Shown: positions 49,375 to 59,811 of the stretch, one piece after another
Numbering within the stretch: position 1 is the first letter of the stretch
Layout of the letters: every line of letters begins with the position of its first letter
IMG/VR virus record: IMGVR_UViG_3300035505_000178
Length of the DNA: 64,000 bases
Origin: a virus
Lineage: Duplodnaviria > Caudoviricetes
Direction: 5' to 3' (one strand)
Notes under the pieces: model-generated
Database searches by the model: none
What the model saw: only the letters and a program-made list of their open reading frames with translations
Told to the model about the DNA's origin: nothing
Made by a program: the position numbers and the translations under genes

Positions 49375-49633
49375 GCTTAAAACAGCAAATTTGATTTTTC
49401 TAGAACACGAAGAGTTATCTAAAAAGGTACCTCTATTAAATCAAGAAATTAGTAATCTGCAACTGATTAATAAAACTTGGGAACACACTGACTCGATTAG
49501 AGTTTCACAGATAAATACGCAAAATGAGTCAATAAACAAACTCAAAAAATCACTAGATAAACAGAAACGCATCATTAAATATGGTGCGATAGGTACCTGT
49601 ATTTTATTTGTAACATGCCTATTGGTAAAGTAA
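49268..49633 (+). CDS. signal peptide + coiled coil + C-terminal TM protein (possible spanin-like component)
   Basis: Overlapping-frame pair with 49096. Confidence 0.55.
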   Translation: MKKNMLKKFLLLCLILSVTTKSFSQDTLTVTITENELKTANLIFLEHEELSKKVPLLNQEISNLQLINKTWEHTDSIRVSQINTQNESINKLKKSLDKQKRIIKYGAIGTCILFVTCLLVK

Positions 49634-49800
49634 TATTTAAAGATAAAAACGGAGTACATTATAAATTTCCTGAACGTAGTTGTAAAAGATGTTTAAAATA
49701 TCCATGTCTGGAAAAAATGGATTTGTTAAAATCAAATTTTGCAGCTTACGGATGTAAAATGTTTGAAAATTCTAACGTATTTGAAATTTGCAAGAAGTAA
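49615..49800 (+). CDS. small Cys-rich protein
   Basis: CKRC..YPC…GC. Confidence 0.6.
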   Translation: MPIGKVIFKDKNGVHYKFPERSCKRCLKYPCLEKMDLLKSNFAAYGCKMFENSNVFEICKK

Positions 49801-50105
49801 CATATCACGTAAAATTTGTAGCAGAATATACAGATGGAATGGGATATACTACTTATGTATTTGAACGTTATGAATATCCTACAGAAGACGAAAGATTTGT
49901 AATGTGTGTAAGATTTCCTAATTGGGATCAACCAATGTTCTCTTTAGGAGATGAAGGTTATCTTAATGTTAGATTTGTAGAAGCAGGTATAGATAAATGG
50001 TTTGATGGAAAAGATTTCAATACTTATAAATATACTAATGTAATATTCATGAAATTCATAAGGAAAAAGGAATCTTTTGTAACGGATCAGATTATAATAG
50101 ATTAA
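49788..50105 (+). CDS. hypothetical protein
   Basis: YTTYVFE…MCVRFPNW…AGIDKWFDG. Confidence 0.75.
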   Translation: MQEVTYHVKFVAEYTDGMGYTTYVFERYEYPTEDERFVMCVRFPNWDQPMFSLGDEGYLNVRFVEAGIDKWFDGKDFNTYKYTNVIFMKFIRKKESFVTDQIIID

Positions 50106-50130
50106 AATTTAATTATTTTATATTATAAAT

Positions 50131-50994
50131 ATGACTACAGCATTTGGAGATAAACTGAAGGAGGCACTGGAAAACAAAGCAAACGACATTAATTCGTATG
50201 TTTGGAAATATCCAAAAATTAAAGGAGTTCAGAAAGAACTTAAACTTGTTGATGCAACATACGAGCAATTAAGAAAGTTTTATGAGCATTGTAACGAGAT
50301 GCTTTACAATAAAGATTCTAAGAATCCTGGTAGACTTACTCTTCTTGAGATAGTTAATGACCAGATTCTAAGATGTCGTGCGGAACTACTTATTAGATGG
50401 CTTAGAGCTGAGAGACAGTACACTAACACTAAATGTTTGGAGAGTATCAAAGTTATTATAAATAATAATAAAGATACTTTGACAAACGAGACTATTAAGA
50501 CTTATCCTATTGAAACTATTATGAGTGGACTTCCACTTGAGTTTAATGAGATTCCTATTAGTTTAGTGATGGATGCATGTCTTGATTCTCTTGGAGTATT
50601 TGATTCCTCCCACATATCTCTGAACTTTATTACAAAGATGGGTTTTTGGTTTACCCAGCAAGAAATGCAAAAAGAGTTATATGAAAAAGATCCGGAAACA
50701 GGTAAGGCTGTTAACAGATTAGATTTGGTTAGACGTGAGTTTAAGATCGATCCAGAGATCTTTCTTTTCATTAATGATAAAGGATTGAGCTACAAAGAGT
50801 TTAAATCTATGTTTATGCTCAAGAAGGATAAATATTCTAACCTAACATCTGATCAATTAAGACTTCTTTCTACTAAGATCCTCTATCGTTTCCAGAATAG
50901 ATGTGAAGATCAAGCAAAACAATGGAGCGATAAGATTAAGGAGATTAAAGAAATTGCTGAATTGAAAGGATGGGATGTGACTAGAGCAATATGA
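50131..50994 (+). CDS. hypothetical replication-module protein
   Basis: ORF track; ML.N.D..NPGR motif. Confidence 0.8.
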   Translation: MTTAFGDKLKEALENKANDINSYVWKYPKIKGVQKELKLVDATYEQLRKFYEHCNEMLYNKDSKNPGRLTLLEIVNDQILRCRAELLIRWLRAERQYTNTKCLESIKVIINNNKDTLTNETIKTYPIETIMSGLPLEFNEIPISLVMDACLDSLGVFDSSHISLNFITKMGFWFTQQEMQKELYEKDPETGKAVNRLDLVRREFKIDPEIFLFINDKGLSYKEFKSMFMLKKDKYSNLTSDQLRLLSTKILYRFQNRCEDQAKQWSDKIKEIKEIAELKGWDVTRAI

Positions 50995-52262
50995 TAGACT
51001 TGTTCACTCCTATAACTCGTGATGAGCGTCAGAAAGAGTCTGTTAATAAATGGCTTAAAAGTAAAGGCAAAGGAACTATCGTAGCTTGCACTGGATACGG
51101 AAAAACCAGAGTAGCTACTAACATTATACAGATATTACTTAAGAAATATCCTACAATGTCTATAATAGTAGTTGTTCCTACTGATACTTTACGAAAACAA
51201 TGGATTTCAATTCTAGATAATCTCGGATTAGGATTTAATACACAAGTAATTATTATTAATACTGCAAGTAAACATAATTTTAATTGTGATTTATTAATAA
51301 TTGATGAGATTCATCGTTGTCCAGCTGATTCGTTCAGTCATTTATTTGAAACTATTAAGTATAAATTAATTTTAGGTTTAACTGCAACAATAGAACGTCT
51401 TGATGGTAAGCACTCTTTAATAGAAAAGAAATGTCCAGAAGTGGATAATATTTCTATAGAAGTAGCTAAACTTAATAAATGGGTTTCTGATTATGTAGAA
51501 TATCAAGTAATATTATCAGTAGATGATATTAATGAATACAAACAAATGAATAAAGAATTTACTGCTCACTTTGAATATTTTGGATTCAACTGGTCATTAG
51601 TTATGTCTATGCTTGGTAAAGACGGTTATGTTAATCGTGCTAAGTATAGAGATGAAATATGTAAGGATGATGAAAAAAGAAAAGAAGTGTTTAAGGAAAT
51701 TACTTATCATGCGACTGCATTTATGAGAGTTCTTCAGAAAAGAAAGAAATTTATTAATAATCACAAGAGAAAAATCGAATTAGCAAGAGAAATTATTAAA
51801 TATCGTTCAGATAAGAAAATAATTACTTTTTCAGCTAATGTTGATATGGCTAATGCAATTAAAGTTGGATACATTTATACTGGTAGACAAAGTAAAGCTA
51901 AAAATCGTATGACGATTGAAGAATTTTCTACTTTAGACTCTGGTGTTCTTAATACAGTTAAAATGGCTAATGAAGGTCTAGATTGTAAAGGATTATCTGT
52001 GGGTATAGTATTGGGATTAGATTCTAGTGCTACTCAAGGAATCCAAAGAACAGGACGAGTTATAAGGAAAGAAGAATCTTCTAAATTTGCAGAAATGTTT
52101 ACCTTTGTTCTAGAGGATACTGTAGAACAAGAATGGTTTAAAAAATCACATCCGAACGGTAATTATATTACTATCGACGAGGAAAACCTTTTAAAAGTAC
52201 TAAAAGGAGAACCTTATGAGACTTATAAAAAGAAATTAACTAATTTCGTTTATCGTTTTTAA
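50991..52262 (+). CDS. superfamily 2 (DExH) helicase
   Basis: TGYGKT, DEIH, GLTAT, EGLD, QRTGR. Confidence 0.9.
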   Translation: MIDLFTPITRDERQKESVNKWLKSKGKGTIVACTGYGKTRVATNIIQILLKKYPTMSIIVVVPTDTLRKQWISILDNLGLGFNTQVIIINTASKHNFNCDLLIIDEIHRCPADSFSHLFETIKYKLILGLTATIERLDGKHSLIEKKCPEVDNISIEVAKLNKWVSDYVEYQVILSVDDINEYKQMNKEFTAHFEYFGFNWSLVMSMLGKDGYVNRAKYRDEICKDDEKRKEVFKEITYHATAFMRVLQKRKKFINNHKRKIELAREIIKYRSDKKIITFSANVDMANAIKVGYIYTGRQSKAKNRMTIEEFSTLDSGVLNTVKMANEGLDCKGLSVGIVLGLDSSATQGIQRTGRVIRKEESSKFAEMFTFVLEDTVEQEWFKKSHPNGNYITIDEENLLKVLKGEPYETYKKKLTNFVYRF

Positions 52263-52264
52263 TT

Positions 52265-52402
52265 ATGACAGAAAAAGAAATTAAGCTTTTGACTAAGAAG
52301 CTTGAAGCAACAGAGAAGAAACTTGCTAAAGCTAAAGAGGAAATTAAGCAGCTTAAAGCTGATTATGCAACTCTTCTAGAAGTAGCAACAGAGCGTAACT
52401 AA
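52265..52402 (+). CDS. small coiled-coil protein (45 aa)
   Basis: MTEKEIKLLTKKLEATEKKLAKAKEEIKQL…. Confidence 0.55.
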   Translation: MTEKEIKLLTKKLEATEKKLAKAKEEIKQLKADYATLLEVATERN

Positions 52403-52476
52403 ATCCATTCAGTTCTAACGAACATTTAACGATTTGGTGTATAGATTAATCTGAAAATGATTTAATTTATACGCAC

Positions 52477-53064
52477 GTGCTTAGACAACAAATAATATTT
52501 TGTGAGAAATATAATATTAACGCAAATGAATTAATGTTGTTGGAAATATTATTAATTGCTCAAAATGGAGATGATCCAGAAACAGTAAAGACATACTTTA
52601 CTTCTCGTTTTAAAGGAAGTATTCGTGATCTTTTGGTAAATCTTCAAGAAGCTGGAGTTATACTTAAATCGTATAAAATTCCAGAAAAAGGGCAATCATT
52701 TAATCCTATTGATATTCCATTGAATAAAAATCTTGTAAAAGACTTTTATAAGAGTTCTTTCGAAATGGGACAAGAGTTATTTGAAGCATATCCTATATCT
52801 ACAATAGTGAATGGTTCTGAGTATAAACTAAGAAGAGTAAGTAAAAAATTCGATTCTTTAGAGGATGCTTTTAGAGCCTACGGAAAAGCTATTAGAAATA
52901 AACCAGAAATGCATAAAAAGATACTTAGTCTTATTGAAGAAGGTAAAAACAGTGGATATAACTTTACAAATCTTGGAGATTTTATTGTTGACAATGATTG
53001 GCTTAATATGGAATTGATTGCAAAAGATGGCATTTTAACTAATTCTAGTTTAAAATTGTTATGA
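52477..53064 (+). CDS. putative replication initiator/helicase loader
   Basis: wHTH-like N-terminus, ELFEAYP motif, directly upstream of DnaB. Confidence 0.55.
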   Translation: MLRQQIIFCEKYNINANELMLLEILLIAQNGDDPETVKTYFTSRFKGSIRDLLVNLQEAGVILKSYKIPEKGQSFNPIDIPLNKNLVKDFYKSSFEMGQELFEAYPISTIVNGSEYKLRRVSKKFDSLEDAFRAYGKAIRNKPEMHKKILSLIEEGKNSGYNFTNLGDFIVDNDWLNMELIAKDGILTNSSLKLL

Positions 53065-54143
53065 TTGTTGATAGAATATTAGCTGAGATTGACAAAGGTC
53101 GAAAAGGTTTAAATCATGGAATTTCTTTTGGACTTCCAAAATTAGAGAGTATTATTGATGGAGTCACCCAAGAAACTTATACTTTAATTCTTTCAAATTC
53201 AGGAGCTGGAAAAACTACTTTCGCATTATATGCCTATGTTTATAAACCATTAATGGAGAACTTAGACAATGATGATTTTAAAGTACTTTATTTCAGTTTG
53301 GAGATGAATGAAGTTTCTTTGTATATTAAGTTACTAGCCATATATATATTTGAAACATATGGAATAGAGCTATCTTATAAAGAGATATTATCAAGAAAGA
53401 AAGAGTATATCTTGTCTGACGAACATTATGACTTAGTACAAGAATGTGTTCCATGGCTGAGAAAGATTAGTGAAAAATTGGAAATATATGATAAAGCAGT
53501 TAATGCTAACAAAGTATATGCCATTTTAAGAACAAGATTAGAAGAAATAGGAAAGTTTGAGGAAACAGAAACTCGACTTAAATATTATCCTGATAATCCA
53601 AATCTTATATATAATGTTATACTTGATCATATAGGTCTAGTTCGACCACAACCTGGTCATAGTCTTAAACAAGAAATGGATTTACTTTCTAGTTACTTAG
53701 TTACTCTAAGAGAGAAATGTAAAATAAGTCCTATAGTTATACAGCAAGCTAATCGAGAGCAAGGAAATATCGAGAGATTCAAAGCAGGTAAATCAGCATT
53801 TACTATAAATGATGCAAAGGATAGTGGTAATACTGTTCAAGATTGTAATGTAATGATAGCTCTTTATAATCCTAATCGAGATAATCTCAAAACTTATAAG
53901 AAATATAATATTGAGGTTTTGGATCAGTATTTTAGAAGTATTATGGTTCTGAAAAACCGATTCGGAGATTGTGATGTAGAAATAGGAACTAATTTCTTTG
54001 GAAGTATTGGTATCTTTAAAGAGTTACCAAAACCTGATGAGATTTATGATTATGAGACTTATACAAGTCCCAATTATTTATTAGATGATAATAATATTAA
54101 AGAAGATGAAGAAGTAGTTAACAATAACATGTTTACTTTATAA
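53061..54143 (+). CDS. dnaB: DnaB-like replicative helicase
   Basis: SGAGKTT, YFSLEM, ILDHIGL, QQANR, KDSG..QD, LKNRFG. Confidence 0.88.
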   Translation: MIVDRILAEIDKGRKGLNHGISFGLPKLESIIDGVTQETYTLILSNSGAGKTTFALYAYVYKPLMENLDNDDFKVLYFSLEMNEVSLYIKLLAIYIFETYGIELSYKEILSRKKEYILSDEHYDLVQECVPWLRKISEKLEIYDKAVNANKVYAILRTRLEEIGKFEETETRLKYYPDNPNLIYNVILDHIGLVRPQPGHSLKQEMDLLSSYLVTLREKCKISPIVIQQANREQGNIERFKAGKSAFTINDAKDSGNTVQDCNVMIALYNPNRDNLKTYKKYNIEVLDQYFRSIMVLKNRFGDCDVEIGTNFFGSIGIFKELPKPDEIYDYETYTSPNYLLDDNNIKEDEEVVNNNMFTL

Positions 54144-54838
54144 TGGCACAAATTATAGGATTAGGTGGTTTTTCTGGTACTGGTAAAAGTTCTTCGTTGG
54201 CATATTTAGATCCAGCTGAGACTTTCATTATTAGCTGCACTCCAAAGCAGTTATCAATTCCACAGTTCAGAAAAAACTATAAGAAGTTAACGATAAACGC
54301 TGATAAAACTGTATCTGGAAATTGGTTTTTCAGTAATAAGTATGATCAGATTTATAAGATTCTTAATATTGTAGATAAGAGCCTTCCTAACATTAAAGTT
54401 CTTGTAATTGACGATTCTAACTATCTGTTGTCAGAAGAGTTAATGAATAGAGCTTTGGAGAAAGGATACGATAAACATACTGAGTTAGCAAAGCATTATT
54501 ATGATTTGTTGATTAAAGCAATGACTCTTCGTGATGATCTTGTATTGGTATTTATATCTCACATTGTTAATGATGGAACAGATGTAGATCCAAATTATAA
54601 GCTTTTCACAACTGGTAAATTGCTTGATAGAAGTGTGAATATTGATGGTTTGTTCAATTATCTCCTTTATGCAGAGAAAATTATTGAGTCTGATGATAGT
54701 GTAGATTATAAGTTCCGAACTAAGTCACTTGGTAAAGATACTTGTAGAAGCACTAAAGGATGTTTTGAGGAAACTTACATTGAGCCTAACATGAAAATGG
54801 TTATAGATACAATCAAAAAATTTGAATTTGGAGAATAA
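54143..54838 (+). CDS. AAA-family ATPase (AAA_24/Sak4-like)
   Basis: GFSGTGKSSS, LVIDD, FISH. Confidence 0.8.
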   Translation: MAQIIGLGGFSGTGKSSSLAYLDPAETFIISCTPKQLSIPQFRKNYKKLTINADKTVSGNWFFSNKYDQIYKILNIVDKSLPNIKVLVIDDSNYLLSEELMNRALEKGYDKHTELAKHYYDLLIKAMTLRDDLVLVFISHIVNDGTDVDPNYKLFTTGKLLDRSVNIDGLFNYLLYAEKIIESDDSVDYKFRTKSLGKDTCRSTKGCFEETYIEPNMKMVIDTIKKFEFGE

Positions 54839-55383
54839 TGAAATTAGACGTATTGTTTCACTATGACGTGAATGAATCTACTGGTGAGATTAAGTATATT
54901 GGTAAAGAGGAAATTACAGTTGATACCAAAAAGACCTCTTCCAGTACTAAGAAGAAAGCTGATACCAATCCTAATCCAGTAGTAACACTTGATTCCAACA
55001 AATTGATTCTCACACAAGGAGCAGTTGATTTGTTGAAAGTTTGCCCTGACTGTCGAGTTGACATCAAGTATAAGAAGAAAGATAAGAAGACAATTCCTGT
55101 AATTGGAACTGATCAGGCTTTCGGAACAAAGGGCGGTAATAAACTAACACAAAGTAACACGGTAAGTTACAGAGGCTCTGCAAATGATAAGCTTGCAGCC
55201 TTTGGCACTATATTCGAACTTAAACCTACTGAAGATGAAGGTATCTTCTTCCTTATTGGAAATAAAGAGGAGATTGAACCAGAAGCTACAGAAGTAGATG
55301 ATGAGTTTGATATAGATTCATTAGATGATTTAGATATAGAAGATGACGACACAGATTTGGATAAAATTGATTTTAAATTTTAA
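54838..55383 (+). CDS. hypothetical protein with acidic tail
   Basis: ORF track. Confidence 0.75.
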   Translation: MKLDVLFHYDVNESTGEIKYIGKEEITVDTKKTSSSTKKKADTNPNPVVTLDSNKLILTQGAVDLLKVCPDCRVDIKYKKKDKKTIPVIGTDQAFGTKGGNKLTQSNTVSYRGSANDKLAAFGTIFELKPTEDEGIFFLIGNKEEIEPEATEVDDEFDIDSLDDLDIEDDDTDLDKIDFKF

Positions 55384-55388
55384 GAGTT

Positions 55389-56096
55389 ATGAGTTTTAAT
55401 TTTGGAGTAAACGCAAACGAGTCAGCAGTAAGAAGTACACGCAAACCTTTGAAGCCTTGGGATATTTATGATGTAATCTTTAAGGGTTGTGAGGTTAAAG
55501 AGTTCGATGGTAAGAAAGATCCTAGTCAGCATTATACTACAGTTCGTGCAAGTTTTGAGACAGAAGATGGTGATTATTTTACTGTTAATAAGTTCTTGCC
55601 AAAGGATGCAAACGATACTGTAAGAAGAAAAGTTGATAACAAGAACGGCGGTACTAGAGAACTGGCTTCTAATTTTGAGGAGTTTTGGGCTTTCATTAAG
55701 CAGACTGTATATGTATTGAATCCAGATGGATTTAAGAAGTTGCAAGCTGCTGCTAGTAAATTTAAGACTCCACTTGACGCTGCTAATGCACTCGTTACTC
55801 TTACCAAACCTGCGATAAACAAAACAACTAAGCTTAAACTTGTCGGCATAAGTCGTGACGGTAAAGTTGAGGCAAGTATTCCTAGATTAGTAGGAATTAA
55901 CAATGAAGGAGTAGAATTTGTTGCTGATAATTATATTGGTGATAAATTGTTCTTTAGCGATTATGAAGAGGGAAAGAGAAAAGAATATCTTTCTGCTACT
56001 CCAACTGTTGTGAAAACAGATGTAATTGAAAATACTCCCTCTGCTGCTGTAGAGTCAGAAGATACTTTTGATTTGGATGATTTGTTAGCAGAGTAA
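55389..56096 (+). CDS. putative single-stranded DNA-binding protein
   Basis: Position between ATPase and primase; acidic C-terminus DTFDLDDLL. Confidence 0.55.
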   Translation: MSFNFGVNANESAVRSTRKPLKPWDIYDVIFKGCEVKEFDGKKDPSQHYTTVRASFETEDGDYFTVNKFLPKDANDTVRRKVDNKNGGTRELASNFEEFWAFIKQTVYVLNPDGFKKLQAAASKFKTPLDAANALVTLTKPAINKTTKLKLVGISRDGKVEASIPRLVGINNEGVEFVADNYIGDKLFFSDYEEGKRKEYLSATPTVVKTDVIENTPSAAVESEDTFDLDDLLAE

Positions 56097-56117
56097 TAAA
56101 TAAAAATATAATTCCTT

Positions 56118-57128
56118 ATGTTTGATTTTTCATTTGAGTCCAAAATCACTAAGGAATTATTGCTATCTGCTCATAATGAAGAAACGTATATGTCTTATTA
56201 CTTAGGTATTCCTGTCAAGAAAGGCTTATTTCGTTCTCCATTACGAGCAGATGCTCATAATACATGTAGCTATTTTAGAGGTAAATCAGGTATTTTATAC
56301 TTTAAAGATTTTGCTACAGGACAATGTTTAGACTTTGTAAATGTAGTAATGACTAAATATGCTTGTAATTATTATAAAGCATTAGACATAATCGCTGGTG
56401 ATTTTGGTTTAACTAAAAAGTCAGACAAAAAACCTATCGTAATAAAGGCTCAACCAAAATTTGAAGAGGAGAAGCAAACATTTATACAATGTGAAACTAA
56501 ACCTTTTTCAGAAGGAGAATTAAAATGGTGGGGAAGTTATGGAATTAGTCAAAAAATCTTAAGTAAATTTCATGTTTTTAGTTGCAAGACTGTATTTTTA
56601 AATGGAGTTGTATTTGCTCAATCTTCTGCAAATTTTCCTATTTTCGGATATTATTTTGGAAAGAAAGAAAATGTAGAACAATGGCGAATATATATGCCTA
56701 AAAGTAAGAATACTAGGTTCTTAGGAAATGTATCTCATAAAACAATTCAAGGATATAAACAAGTAGTTGATAAAGGTAAATTATTAGTAATTACTAAATC
56801 AATGAAAGATGTAATGTGTTTATATTCTATAGGCATTCCTGCAATTGCTCCTAATTCCGAGACGCAATTCGTAGAACCTAAAATGTTAGAAGAACTTAAA
56901 ACAAGGTTTACTAATATTGCACTATTATTTGATACCGATTTAACTGGAGTAAGGTTTATGAATAAGATTCGTAAACAATATCCAGAATTAATAATCACGT
57001 TAATTCCTAGAAAATATAAAGCTAAAGATATTAGTGATTTTTATAAATTGTATGGGAAAGATAAGACAGTTAAATTAATTAAAAATACAATTATTAAATG
57101 GCAAAAAAGTAGACAAATACTAGTGTAA
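56118..57128 (+). CDS. DNA primase
   Basis: SPLR.D…FKDF..G; TOPRIM ITKSMKDVM, FDTD..G, KDISD. Confidence 0.88.
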   Translation: MFDFSFESKITKELLLSAHNEETYMSYYLGIPVKKGLFRSPLRADAHNTCSYFRGKSGILYFKDFATGQCLDFVNVVMTKYACNYYKALDIIAGDFGLTKKSDKKPIVIKAQPKFEEEKQTFIQCETKPFSEGELKWWGSYGISQKILSKFHVFSCKTVFLNGVVFAQSSANFPIFGYYFGKKENVEQWRIYMPKSKNTRFLGNVSHKTIQGYKQVVDKGKLLVITKSMKDVMCLYSIGIPAIAPNSETQFVEPKMLEELKTRFTNIALLFDTDLTGVRFMNKIRKQYPELIITLIPRKYKAKDISDFYKLYGKDKTVKLIKNTIIKWQKSRQILV

Positions 57129-57655
57129 TTGCAACATATACTAAGACTGGTGAAATCATGACCTTTGACTCAATAGAAGCAGCTTCTGAGATGACAGGAC
57201 TTGAAGTTAATTCTATTAAAGCTAGAGCTAACAAGCCTGGTTCAGGAGCTAAATCTAAAGATGGTATAACTTTTACTTGGGCTGATGAGAAAGTCAGACG
57301 CTCAAAACAAGCAAGTCGATCTAAAAAGAAAGGTAGTGCTTATGAGTTGGAAGTTATTCATAAATTGAGAGAAATAGGTTATAAAGGATGTGTATCTTCA
57401 AGAAGTCAGAATAAAGCGTTGGATGCAGATAAAGTAGATATATATGATATGGATGGAGAACTTCCAGTAAATATTCAATGTAAATTTACTCAGAATCTTC
57501 CAAACTATTTTGATATTAAAGATGCTTGTTCAGATAAAGATAAACCATTCTGTTTATGTTGGAAGAAAGCAGGTAAAAACGGCGAACAAACTATAGGTCA
57601 AGTTGCTATTATACCTATAGATTATTTTTATTACTTATTGGGTAAATTATGTTAA
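57098..57655 (+). CDS. Holliday junction resolvase (PD-(D/E)XK) with NUMOD1-like HTH; probable start 57098 with TAG=Gln at codon 5
   Basis: SKKKGSAYELEV, VDI, IQCK; N-terminus SVIATYTKTGEIMTFDSIEAAS. Confidence 0.75.
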
Positions 57656-57888
57656 TAGTAAAAGGAAAAGTTCCAAAATCAATTCCTAATTGTATAATTA
57701 ACACATTTTCAGATGAATACGAAATTTATTTAAGTAAAGCTAAGAAACCTTGGCGAACACCTGAAGGATTTTCATTACAATTTGATACTACATTATCAGA
57801 TTTGAAATTGTGTTATTTTATTCATTGTGGAAATGATGAAATTGAAAATTTGCTCAAGAAAAAGTTGAATGTAATTGAACAAGGATAA
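57649..57888 (+). CDS. hypothetical protein
   Basis: ORF track. Confidence 0.6.
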   Translation: MLIVKGKVPKSIPNCIINTFSDEYEIYLSKAKKPWRTPEGFSLQFDTTLSDLKLCYFIHCGNDEIENLLKKKLNVIEQG

Positions 57889-58390
57889 TTTAAGAGTTTC
57901 GTTTGACATCGACGATACTCTTGCGGGATTTTGGGAAGCTTACATTAAAATGTTTCCAGGAGATAAAAACCTTATAGATTCAGTTATTACTAAAAATGTA
58001 AATACTTTAAGACACAATAAGGAATTTTGGGAAAGTTTATCTGTTATTGATAGACCTAATTTTGAGCCTTATAATTATTGCACTAAACGTGTAAATTGTA
58101 AGTCTTATACTAGAAATTGGCTAGCTAATAATGGATTTCCAATTAAACCTATTTATCAAGTATATTATCAAAAAAGTAACAAAGCTGATTATATTAAAGG
58201 TAGATGTGATGTGTTGATTGATGATAGTATTAGCAATGTACAAAATGCTATTAAATCAGGTTTACCTGCATTATTAATTGACAGACCACATAATCAAAAT
58301 GGTGACCCTGTATTTAGAATTTATAGTCTAGATATAGAGGAAATAGTTTGGGCATATAACCTAGAACTAGAAACATTACAATGGATTTAA
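57875..58390 (+). CDS. HAD-family 5'(3')-nucleotidase-like protein
   Basis: FDIDDTL, K…DVLIDD, PHN. Confidence 0.8.
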   Translation: MNKDNLRVSFDIDDTLAGFWEAYIKMFPGDKNLIDSVITKNVNTLRHNKEFWESLSVIDRPNFEPYNYCTKRVNCKSYTRNWLANNGFPIKPIYQVYYQKSNKADYIKGRCDVLIDDSISNVQNAIKSGLPALLIDRPHNQNGDPVFRIYSLDIEEIVWAYNLELETLQWI

Positions 58391-59391
58391 GCAATATCAA
58401 AATCACTCCATTACTTGATACACTAAGATTACAAAAGATTAGTGATGAAGTATATTTTTCTGAAAAGTATAGAGGATATGTTAGCAATTCTAGACTTGGA
58501 TTAATTAATCCAGATCAAGGAGGAAGTGCTGAAAAGTTTTTTAACGGATTTCAGTTTAGCTTTTCAACTTCATTCCAATTAGGATCTGCCGTACATGAAC
58601 TTGTACTACAACCAGAAAGCTTTGAGTTAGCTGAAGATGTTGGTAAACCTACTGCGAAGTTAGGTGCAATGGCTGACGAATTATATCCTGTATGGCTTCA
58701 ACATCCACTTGAAAAAGAAGATATTATAAAAGCTTCTGATAAAGTTGGATATTATAAAGGTAAAATTACTGATGAACTTGTTAATAAAGTTCTGATTTCG
58801 TGTTATCCTTATTGGAATAAACGAAAAGCTTTACCTGAGTCAGATAAAGAATTAATATTCTTAGATAGTAAATCTTTAGAGATTACTAAAAGCTGTGTTG
58901 AAGCATTGCGGAATAATAAGAGTGTACAGAATCTTCTGCATCCAGAAGGTTTGATTGATACACCTATTTCAGAAAACGAACAAGCTATTTTATTAGATGT
59001 TGAAGTAAATTGTCCAGATGTAGAACCTTTTATTATAAGGTTAAAATCTAAGCTGGATAATTATACTATTGATCTAGACACTATTACTGTTAATGATGTT
59101 AAAACTCTTGGAAAGATGTTGAATGAGATGGATACCAACATTGTTAACTATCATTACAGTAGAGAATTTGGAATGTACGTTTATTTATTAAAACTGTGTG
59201 CTGAAAAATTCTATAACATTAAAGATCCAAGAATCAAGGCTAATTATTTAATTGTTTCAACTATACCTAATTTTTATACAAAAGTTAGACCTGTTACAAC
59301 TAAAGAAATAGCCCAGGGTTTTAATGAGTTTAAATCGCTGTTAAAACTTGTAGCATATTATATTGCATATAAAGGTTATACACTAGAATGA
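58381..59391 (+). CDS. PD-(D/E)XK exonuclease (RecE/DUF3799-like)
   Basis: SNSRL, GSAVHELVL, KSKLD, NDVKT, Y..E..MY. Confidence 0.8.
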   Translation: MDLSNIKITPLLDTLRLQKISDEVYFSEKYRGYVSNSRLGLINPDQGGSAEKFFNGFQFSFSTSFQLGSAVHELVLQPESFELAEDVGKPTAKLGAMADELYPVWLQHPLEKEDIIKASDKVGYYKGKITDELVNKVLISCYPYWNKRKALPESDKELIFLDSKSLEITKSCVEALRNNKSVQNLLHPEGLIDTPISENEQAILLDVEVNCPDVEPFIIRLKSKLDNYTIDLDTITVNDVKTLGKMLNEMDTNIVNYHYSREFGMYVYLLKLCAEKFYNIKDPRIKANYLIVSTIPNFYTKVRPVTTKEIAQGFNEFKSLLKLVAYYIAYKGYTLE

Positions 59392-59738
59392 ACGAACTAG
59401 AAAAGTTAAGTTTTGAAAAAGTGAGTAAACTTTATGTTAAATACTTTAGTTTAGGTTTTCTAAATACAAGTTTAGAAAATAAAATGGCGTGTATTTGTCT
59501 TACTTGTTATATTACAAATACATTAAAAGCTAAAGGTAAAAATATAACGTGTTATGATGTATTGTTAAAAATTAAATCCGATAGTACCCAAATTGAGAAG
59601 GATACCTTTCTCAAGTCATTAGGGGCGATCTGTGAAGATTTAATGTATGGGTGTAATACTTTCCCTGATTTTGGAATAAAACCTCAGGAAATGCCAAAAA
59701 CACTCAAAAAACTTTTGGACACTTATGTTCCATTTTAA
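59388..59738 (+). CDS. hypothetical protein
   Basis: ORF track. Confidence 0.7.
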   Translation: MNELEKLSFEKVSKLYVKYFSLGFLNTSLENKMACICLTCYITNTLKAKGKNITCYDVLLKIKSDSTQIEKDTFLKSLGAICEDLMYGCNTFPDFGIKPQEMPKTLKKLLDTYVPF

Positions 59739-59811
59739 CATATTTTAACACTTTTTGACAAATTTTAACACTGAAATAGTTGGGAAATTTTCTCAACCGT
59801 AGTACTATTGT
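59731..59811 (+). promoter_or_regulatory. conserved promoter
   Basis: (TTTT(A/G)AC)x4 at 10-bp phase, TTGGGA-17-TACTAT-TGT. Confidence 0.75.
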
